A stretch of DNA of 10,809 nucleotides, from the NCBI GenBank assembly GCA_049598495.1, contig JBMYNR010000045.1, forward strand, positions 1-10,809. The letters run 5' to 3'. The notes below the pieces were generated by a model. The model made no database searches and was not told the origin of the DNA. It saw nothing but the letters and a program-made list of their open reading frames with translations. The position numbers and the translations under genes were made by a program. How positions within the stretch are numbered: the stretch's first letter is position 1; each line of letters opens with the position of its first letter. This document shows, piece after piece, positions 1 to 9,525 of the stretch. The stretch comes from Opitutales bacterium (GTDB lineage: Bacteria; Verrucomicrobiota; Verrucomicrobiia; Opitutales; Coraliomargaritaceae).

Positions 1-6
1 ATGAGT

Positions 7-206
7 GCCCTGCGTAGCTCCCAGAGCGAAGCACGGGCCCAACCACAATTAGCCTGGTCTAGGGTCTACACCAAAGTTCGGGGAAGTATGCGATGGAGGG
101 CATGGCTTCCGCCATGCCGTGCTTCGCTCTTATTGAAACATGAGTGCCTCGCCAAAGCCTCGGACTAGAGCTTTGGGTTGCAGAGATTAGATCGAGAGCC
201 AATCTC
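7..206. repeat. Cluster of short palindromes / REP-like elements
   Basis: Hairpin GCCCTGC-GTA-GCTC-CCA-GAGC-GAA-GCACGGGC (7-38); perfect 14-bp inverted repeat AGAGCGAAGCACGG (23-36)/CCGTGCTTCGCTCT (117-130); GGAG + GGCATGGC-TTCC-GCCATGCC (95-118); CCAAAGC/GCTTTGG (152-158/170-176); GAGATT/AATCTC (183-188/201-206). Confidence 0.6.
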
Positions 207-212
207 GGCAAT

Positions 213-1618
213 ATGCCTCTCATCGTCCTTGCTTTTCTCAGCCTCCTTCTCCCTCAGTTCGCAGCGGCGGATCACCCTGCTGGTAAGCCTAACGTTATCA
301 TCATCTTTGCCGATGACCAGGGGTATGGCGACTTAAGTTGCTTTGGCTCGACGTTGGTCGAGACCCCCCCCACATCGATCGGATGGCAGAGGAGGGTCGT
401 CGACTCACAAATTTCATGGTGGCTTCGCCTGTATGCACACCATCGCGGGCTGCCTTGCTGACGGGTTCCTATCCGAAGCGTATTGGCCTGGCCCAGGGGG
501 TCTTGTTCCCGGGCAGCGAAAGGGGGCTCCATCCTGGGGAGCATACCATTGCGGATCATTTGAAGGCACAGGGCTATGCCACGGCCTGCTTCGGCAAATG
601 GCATCTCGGCGATCACCCGGAGACCCTGCCTCGTCAGCACGGTTTCGATGTCTATTTCGGCATCCCTTATTCGAATGACATGAACCATCCGGGGAACAAG
701 AACAAGCCGAGGGGTGGTCACTCGGGGATGGATGCGCTCTGGAGCGATCCCGAATCGACGCTCAGCAAATGGAATACACCACTGATCGAAAACGAGACGA
801 TTGTTGAACTGCCCGCGGACCAGCGCACCATCACACGCCGCTACACCGACCGCGCGATCGACTTCATCCGCGAAAATCAGGATCAGCCATTTTTTGTGTA
901 TCTGCCGCATAGTATGCCGCATATCCCGCTCTATGTTCCCGACGAGGTCTATGACGCGGATCCTTACAAGGCCTACAAGCTTGTGATCGAGCATATCGAT
1001 GCCGAGGTCGGGCGTTTGCTGGACAGTCTCCGTGAGTTGGACCTGGACGAAGAGACCATTGTGATCTATACCTCAGACAACGGCCCTTGGCTTTCCTATA
1101 AACATCACGGCGGGTCGGCGGGGACTCTTCGAGATGGCAAAGGGACTACCTTTGAGGGAGGTATGCGGGTTCCCTGTATTGTCTGGGGCCCCTCGCGAAT
1201 CCCCGCGGGTGTGGTCTGCGATGAACTGGTCACTACGCTCGATCTCCTGCCGACCCTCGCGGCGCTGACGGGTGTGGAGCTACCAGCCGACCGCACGATC
1301 GACGGGCTGGATGCTTCAGCCCTGCTGACGGGTGCCGAGTCTGTCTCACCACGCCGTGAGTTCCTTTATTACAGCCGGGGCGGCCTGATCGAGGGCATCC
1401 GGGTGGATCAATGGAAGCTTCTGGTCAAGCCACGCGGTGGCAGAAAGGCGGCCAAGCAGGAGCCGGTCGTCATGCTTTTCGATCTGGAGAAGGACCCCGG
1501 CGAGCGGCGCGAGCTCTCGGCGGCGAATCCAGAGGTGGTCGAACGCCTTCAAGCGCGTATGGCCGAGCTTGATGCCGAGATCGCCCTAAACAAGCGTGCT
1601 CCGTGGGTGAAGAGATAG
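213..1618 (+). pseudogene. Arylsulfatase A-like (S1 family) exported sulfatase, frameshifted at a C8 run (364-371); may be a sequencing/assembly error or phase-variable
   Basis: ATG 213 gives a signal peptide (MPLIVLAFLSLLLPQFAAA) and the sulfatase N-terminal motif PNVIIIFADDQGYGDLSCFG...ETP in one frame. The rest (HIDRMAEEG, CTPSRAALLTG formylglycine motif, GKWHLG, PHIP, SDNGP, GKGTTFEGGMRVP, LFDLEKDPGE) is in another frame ending at TAG 1618. Confidence 0.9.
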
Positions 1619-1651
1619 CGCTCTGCGATTTGATCCGCCGGATGTAAAAAA

Positions 1652-1667
1652 CGGCAGACAATGTGCT
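1652..1667 (+). promoter_or_regulatory. Putative sigma54 (RpoN) -24/-12 promoter
   Basis: CGGCAGACAATGTGCT has GG-N10-GC spacing (GG 1653-1654, GC 1665-1666) matching TGGCAC-N5-TTGCW. The implied TSS near 1678 is about 18 nt before ATG 1696. Confidence 0.6.
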
Positions 1668-1695
1668 TTGCGTAGTGCATACACCCGGAAAATAC

Positions 1696-3135
1696 ATGTT
1701 TTTTGAGCAATACTCCAACGACGGCTTCTTTGATGAAATGTTCGAAGCGGATGGCAGCATCCGTCCGCACTATCGCGCCATATTTGAGCGCCTGCAGTCC
1801 CTCAGTGGGGAAAGTTACGAGCAGAAACGCCAGACGGTAGACCTGTCCTTCCTTCGGCAGGGGATCACGTTCACGGTCTACGGCGACGATGAGGGCACGG
1901 AGAAGATCTTCCCCTTTGATCTCATGCCGCGTATTATCCCGAAGTCCGAATGGGACTTTCTTGAAGGCGGGCTGACCCAAAGGATCCAGGCGCTGAACAT
2001 GTTCCTCAAGGATGTCTACTCCGAACAGCGAATCATAAAAGAAGGGATCATTCCTGCCAGTTACATTCTCTCGGGGAAACACTTTCGCCGGGAGTTTATG
2101 AACATCGATATTCCGCAGGATATCTACATCCATATCTGCGGAACTGATTTGATCCGTGATGATCAGGGCAACTATCTGGTGCTGGAGGATAATGCCCGTA
2201 GCCCCTCCGGTGTTTCCTATCTTCTGGAGAACCGCCAGGCGATGAAGCGCGCCTTCCCCAATTTCTTTCCGAAAGCGGGGGTGCGCCCGGTTGAGAACTA
2301 TTCGGAAGAGCTTTTGAAAACCCTCCAGCATGTGGCGCCCTACGGGAAAGAAAACCCGGTCTCCGTGCTGCTCACCCCGGGGCATTTCAATTCCGCCTAC
2401 TTCGAGCACTGCTTCCTTGCCCGACAGATGGGTATCGAGATTGTCGAGGGCAGTGACCTTGTCGTGCGCGACTTCAAAGTCTATATGCGGACGACCCAAG
2501 GGCTCCAGCAGGTGGATGTCATTTACCGCCGTATTGATGACGACTTTATCGACCCGAGTGTCTTCCGGCCGGATTCCATGCTCGGAGTGCCGGGGCTCGT
2601 GAACGCGCTGCGGGCGGGTAATGTTAATATCGCCAATGCCATCGGCACCGGAATCGCCGACGATAAGCTGATTTACGCATTCGTGCCTGATATGATCCGC
2701 TTCTACCTGAGTGAGGAGCCGATTCTGGGGCAGGTGCATACTTACTTTGCTTCCGAGGCCGACGACTTCAAATACATCATGGACAACCTCGACCAGCTTG
2801 TCGTCAAGTCGGCCAATGAAGCCGGTGGCTATGGTATGTTGATCGGGCCCAAGGCGACAAAGGAGGAGGTGGAGAAGTTCCGCGAACTGATCAAAGCCGA
2901 CCCCCGAAACTTCATCGCCCAGCCCCCCATTATGCTCTCGCGTCATCCCACCTGGTGTGAGGGACATTTCGAGGGACGGCATGTGGACCTGCGCCCCTAC
3001 GTTCTCTGTGGTGAAAAGACCACCATCATTCCCGGCGGGCTCACACGAGTGGCACTTCGCAAGGGTTCGCTCGTCGTCAATTCCTCGCAGGGCGGGGGCA
3101 GTAAAGATACCTGGGTGTTGTATTCCGACGAATAG
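1696..3135 (+). CDS. Circularly permuted type 2 ATP-grasp protein (DUF404/DUF407 type), 479 aa
   Basis: Motifs [128 protein letters not shown] 1696 preferred over GTG 1663, which overlaps the sigma54 motif. Confidence 0.95.
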   Translation: MFFEQYSNDGFFDEMFEADGSIRPHYRAIFERLQSLSGESYEQKRQTVDLSFLRQGITFTVYGDDEGTEKIFPFDLMPRIIPKSEWDFLEGGLTQRIQALNMFLKDVYSEQRIIKEGIIPASYILSGKHFRREFMNIDIPQDIYIHICGTDLIRDDQGNYLVLEDNARSPSGVSYLLENRQAMKRAFPNFFPKAGVRPVENYSEELLKTLQHVAPYGKENPVSVLLTPGHFNSAYFEHCFLARQMGIEIVEGSDLVVRDFKVYMRTTQGLQQVDVIYRRIDDDFIDPSVFRPDSMLGVPGLVNALRAGNVNIANAIGTGIADDKLIYAFVPDMIRFYLSEEPILGQVHTYFASEADDFKYIMDNLDQLVVKSANEAGGYGMLIGPKATKEEVEKFRELIKADPRNFIAQPPIMLSRHPTWCEGHFEGRHVDLRPYVLCGEKTTIIPGGLTRVALRKGSLVVNSSQGGGSKDTWVLYSDE

Positions 3136-3173
3136 CCACCCGCCATTTTCATACACCAAGGACTAAGATTTTC

Positions 3174-4181
3174 ATGCTTTCACGTGTTGCAGACTCTCTC
3201 TACTGGATGAGCCGCTATATTGAACGGGCGGAGAACATCGCGCGCCTACTCGATGTGAACCTCCAGATTCTACTCGATTTCGAGTCCATGGATGATGCCA
3301 AGCTCAAAGAGCACTGGGAACCGATCATCCGGGCGGCCGGCGAGGAGGAGCTCTTCTACGAGCTCTATGGTCGGGCGGATTCCCAAAGCGTAACGGAGTT
3401 TCTTACCTTTAACCGAAAGAACCCGAGCTCGGTGATCTCGTGTATGTTTGCCGCGCGTGAGAACGCGCGCATGATCCGCGACCAGATTGCCACGGAGATG
3501 TGGCAGAGCTTGAATGACGCCTTTCTGTTTCTGAAGTCGAACAATGCGAAGATGGTCTGGGAGAGCGGCCCTTACGAATTCTACAAGCAGATTCAGGACT
3601 ACAGTCATCTCTTTCAGGGGATGACGGATTCGACCTTTTCCCACACCGAGGGCTTTTACTTTATGCAGGTGGGTAAGTATCTCGAGCGGGCGGACAAGAC
3701 GAGTCGCATCCTCGATATTAAATACCATATCCTGCTGCCCAGTGTGGACGAGGTCGGCGGTGCGATCGACGCGGTGCAATGGGGAGCCATTCTCCGTTCC
3801 TGCAGTGCATTTGAGGCGTATCATAGCCTCTACGTTAGCAGTGTGAATCCAATGAAAGTTTCCGATTTCCTCATCTTCAATGAGAACTTTCCGCGTTCCA
3901 TTCTCTTTTGTGCGCGCCATCTGGATGCCAACTTGCACCGTATCTCAGGCTGCAACCCGGGTTTCTATTCCAACGAGGTTGAGCGTATCTCGGGCCGCCT
4001 CGTCAGTGATCTGACCTACGGGAATATCGATGACGCTTTCGAGCAGGGTCTTCACGAATATCTTGCTGGGCTGCAGGATTGTTTCGTGGATATCGGCAAG
4101 GCCATGTTTGACAACTATATGTTCCATCCGAAGTTGGACATGGCGACTGAGATCGCCGCCCAACAACAGCAGCAACAGTAG
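3174..4181 (+). CDS. Alpha-E domain protein (DUF403), 335 aa, with C-terminal Q6
   Basis: MLSRVADSLYWMSRYIERAENIAR and GKYLERADKTSRILD (duplicated ER motifs), ARENAR.IR, FPRSI; directly downstream of the CP-ATP-grasp gene. Confidence 0.95.
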   Translation: MLSRVADSLYWMSRYIERAENIARLLDVNLQILLDFESMDDAKLKEHWEPIIRAAGEEELFYELYGRADSQSVTEFLTFNRKNPSSVISCMFAARENARMIRDQIATEMWQSLNDAFLFLKSNNAKMVWESGPYEFYKQIQDYSHLFQGMTDSTFSHTEGFYFMQVGKYLERADKTSRILDIKYHILLPSVDEVGGAIDAVQWGAILRSCSAFEAYHSLYVSSVNPMKVSDFLIFNENFPRSILFCARHLDANLHRISGCNPGFYSNEVERISGRLVSDLTYGNIDDAFEQGLHEYLAGLQDCFVDIGKAMFDNYMFHPKLDMATEIAAQQQQQQ

Positions 4182-4218
4182 CCGCGCGATCTCTGCTCAG
4201 CTAAACCCGACTCACTAT

Positions 4219-5088
4219 ATGAAGTTCTCGGTCACCCACTCGACAACCTACCGTTACGCTTCGGCGGTTAGGGATAGTTTTAACGATGCCCGCCTTTGCC
4301 CGGTTTCGGATGATTTCCAGCAATGCCACTCCTTCGGCCTGGAGATTCAGCCGTCCAGCACGAGCGTTTTGCGCCGACTCGATTTCTATACGAACCAAGT
4401 GTATCATTTTGAACTTATCGAGCCGCATGACTCGCTTCAGGTGGTCGCACACTCCAAGGTGGAAACCTTCGCAGATGTCCGCGATTTCTCCGTGCCGAGC
4501 CCGAGTTCGCTGCTTATGGACCTCCCGCGCGACGAGCGCTACTACGATTTTCTGGTCGCAAGCCCACGCGTTGCGCTCGGCCCCATGATCGAGCATGAGG
4601 CGAAGGAGATTGTGAATCCGAGCGACGATGTGCAGGCGCAGGTGGAAGCGATTATGAACTTCATTTTCGAGGGCTTTACCTATGCCCCCGGCAGCACCCA
4701 TGTGGAGTCCACCGTTATGCAGGTGTTCGTCCAGAAGAGTGGCGTCTGTCAGGATTTCGCCCACGTTATGATCGCGCTCTGCCGGGCGTCCGGAATCCCG
4801 GCCCGCTATGTAAGCGGCTACTTCTATGTCGACTCCCCGGTATCCGACTCTGCTGATGATAACAGCGAGTCACATGCATGGTTGGAGTGTTTCATCCCTT
4901 CCATTGGTTGGGTCGGCTACGACCCGACCCACAATCGCAGGTCAGACGATACCTACATCAAGGTGGCGGTGGGCCGCGACTATGCCGATGTGCGTCCGCT
5001 GGCAGGGACCTTTCGCGGGGAAGCCTCCGTTGCCATGGACGTTGCGGTCACGGTTGCTCTCAGTGACTTTGCGTTCAGTCCGGGGTAG
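4219..5088 (+). CDS. Transglutaminase-like protein with bacterial transglutaminase N-terminal domain, 289 aa
   Basis: N-terminus MKFSVTHSTTYRY...ARLCP; catalytic triad motifs GVCQDFAH (Cys), SHAWLE (His), GWVGYDPT (Asp); GIPARYVSGY; AVGRDYADV.P..G. Start at ATG 4219 because the longer ORF overlaps the alpha-E gene. Confidence 0.93.
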   Translation: MKFSVTHSTTYRYASAVRDSFNDARLCPVSDDFQQCHSFGLEIQPSSTSVLRRLDFYTNQVYHFELIEPHDSLQVVAHSKVETFADVRDFSVPSPSSLLMDLPRDERYYDFLVASPRVALGPMIEHEAKEIVNPSDDVQAQVEAIMNFIFEGFTYAPGSTHVESTVMQVFVQKSGVCQDFAHVMIALCRASGIPARYVSGYFYVDSPVSDSADDNSESHAWLECFIPSIGWVGYDPTHNRRSDDTYIKVAVGRDYADVRPLAGTFRGEASVAMDVAVTVALSDFAFSPG

Positions 5089-5118
5089 GTCGGGACACTT
5101 CCGGTCTCCGCGTAGTAA

Positions 5119-6657
<1,539 letters not shown>

Positions 6658-6820
6658 AGGGCGGAAACGATGGGCTTTGACTGGTGTGGGTCAAGTTTAG
6701 GTATCGCCTCCGGATCATTATCTGATTCTGCCTCTCATTTGTCTCGCTCATCAGAGCATGATGAATGTCTCTGCCTTACGCATTGCTATTCGTTGAGTGA
6801 GGGGCATCCTTGATCGGATC

Positions 6821-7477
6821 ATGACCGAGTCTTTAAGCAGCCCTGCCGAACTACGATGGCACCAGCGTGTCGTTCTTACTTTGCTGGCGCTCTTGATGCG
6901 TGCGTGGGGTCGCACCTTACGTTTCAATTTGAGCGACGATGCGCGGGCTATGGTCGACCGAGAGGATGCTCCCTCAGTCGTCATACTTTGGCATAATCGC
7001 TTGTTTGCTGCCCCTGTCTTTTACCGCCGCTACTTTCGGCATCGCCGCTTGGCCACACTCATCAGTGCGAGTCAGGATGGTGCCTGGCTGGCTGGTTTTT
7101 TAAGGAAACTTGGCATGCGCCCGATTCGCGGTTCCCGTTACAAGCGTGGCTCGCAAGCGGTGCGTGATTTGATCGAAGCACAGAACGATGGTTGGGATGT
7201 GGGCATCACACCGGATGGATCCCGCGGGCCGATGTATGATATGAAACCAGGTGCTGTTATGGTGGCCCTGAAAACGGGTGCGCCGATCCTGCTGCTTTCC
7301 CTTAACTATTCGGCTGCCTGGCGTCTCAGGAGCTGGGATCGTTTTTTCATTCCAGTCCCCTTTAGCCGGGTTGATGTGAGAACGAACTCCGTTGGGATTG
7401 CCTCGAATTTGAGCGAGGATCCGGAAGAGGCGGCGGCACTTTTAAAGGACCGCCTCGACGCGATGACCCGGGACTAA
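6821..7477 (+). CDS. DUF374 / lysophospholipid acyltransferase family protein, about 218 aa
   Basis: Motifs ILWHNR, LISASQDG, IRGSR..RG, ITPDGSRGP, KPG.V.VA.KTGAPI, SWDRFFIPVPFSR. The start could also be GTG 6797. Confidence 0.88.
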   Translation: MTESLSSPAELRWHQRVVLTLLALLMRAWGRTLRFNLSDDARAMVDREDAPSVVILWHNRLFAAPVFYRRYFRHRRLATLISASQDGAWLAGFLRKLGMRPIRGSRYKRGSQAVRDLIEAQNDGWDVGITPDGSRGPMYDMKPGAVMVALKTGAPILLLSLNYSAAWRLRSWDRFFIPVPFSRVDVRTNSVGIASNLSEDPEEAAALLKDRLDAMTRD

Positions 7478-7478
7478 C

Positions 7479-7807
7479 GGAATCGCGGTCATTCCAGACA
7501 CTCCCTAGTGGGATCGGCTCTTTGAAGTGGTATAACTTCCGACCTGCTGCGTCGTCGCCAAGATGCAGAACTCGCCAAGGACTGTGAACCGGTACCGCGG
7601 GTGCGGGTCGAGGCCCGTATCGCTGTGACCAACGCAGCTGGAAGCAAACATCCCCCCAGTCCCGCCTATCGATCGATTCAAGGCTCTCAGCCCACCGAAC
7701 GGGCGAGGATGAGGCCTTTTTCGAGAGGTCGCGGCCTTCTCCAGCCAGTGAGACCCCTCGGGGCACGCCTGACTGGACGCCTTGCGCGGCACTCACCAGA
7801 AGTTCTA
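7479..7807. other. Hairpin-rich intergenic element (possible MITE/REP composite or structured RNA)
   Basis: Several stems: GGAAT/ATTCC, TCCC/GGGA, long stem 7536-7552/7632-7644, hairpin 7600-7621, TTCG-loop hairpin 7713-7730, CCAGT/ACTGG; imperfect terminal repeats TATAACTTC (7531-7539)/GAAGTTCTA (7799-7807). Confidence 0.35.
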
Positions 7808-7903
7808 ACTAAATGCAATCGGCTCGAGTCTTTTTACAATGTGCTAGCATGAATCTTGCTTTATTGTCGCGAGCTTGCTTATTCATTGCGTCATTTTATA
7901 ACC

Positions 7904-9406
<1,503 letters not shown>

Positions 9407-9420
9407 TCTGCGGGAAGTTT

Positions 9421-9447
9421 GAACTTTCGGACAAGCACCCTGTCTCT
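9421..9447 (+). promoter_or_regulatory. Possible ECF (sigmaE/AlgU-like) promoter
   Basis: GAACTT (9421-9426), 16-nt spacer, TCTCT (9443-9447) preceded by G; about 80 nt upstream of an exported PPIase. Confidence 0.3.
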
Positions 9448-9525
9448 CGAAATGCGCGTTCCCTCGTTGACCTTTTCGATAAAGGCGTAAGCCTTTCACG
9501 TTTTCACCCCACAATCGTAGATTAT

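Noticed and set aside
144..461. 105-aa ORF as a standalone gene, and 338-1618 as a complete gene
   Set aside because: They are the two halves of one frameshifted sulfatase; residues after ETPP and before HIDR are off-frame.
272..994. 240-aa antisense ORF, and similar ones at 3270-3938, 4201-4764, 8153-8854 and 9778-10542
   Set aside because: Each lies opposite a well-supported gene and has no domain signature.
1549..3159. 536-aa antisense ORF
   Set aside because: Shadow of the conserved CP-ATP-grasp gene with no recognisable motifs; long antisense ORFs are expected with GC-rich codon usage.
5085..5118. Bidirectional terminator between the transglutaminase gene and glyQS
   Set aside because: Only a wobble-rich stem with no T or A tracts.
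7479..7807. RNase P RNA, tmRNA or SRP RNA identity for the structured region
   Set aside because: The size would fit RNase P RNA or tmRNA, but hallmark sequences (GAGGAAAGTCC and AGAACCCGGCTTA-like; tRNA-like ends with TTCGA..CCACCA; CAGG..GGAAGGAAGCAG) are absent on both strands.
7362..7852. Small ORFs in the intergenic region (7362-7796 -, 7505-7792 -, 7601-7852 +)
   Set aside because: Arg/Pro/Ser-rich, no motifs and no convincing starts; the region is better explained as non-coding.
7875..7902. Sigma70-like TTGCTT-N16-TATAAC
   Set aside because: The -10 box ends 1 nt before ATG 7904, so the TSS would fall inside the CDS.
9471..9496. AAAGGC-GTAA-GCCTTT hairpin (with competing CCTTT/AAAGG) as terminator or switch
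   Set aside because: Only 6 bp, AT-rich and without an adjacent U tract; too weak to call.
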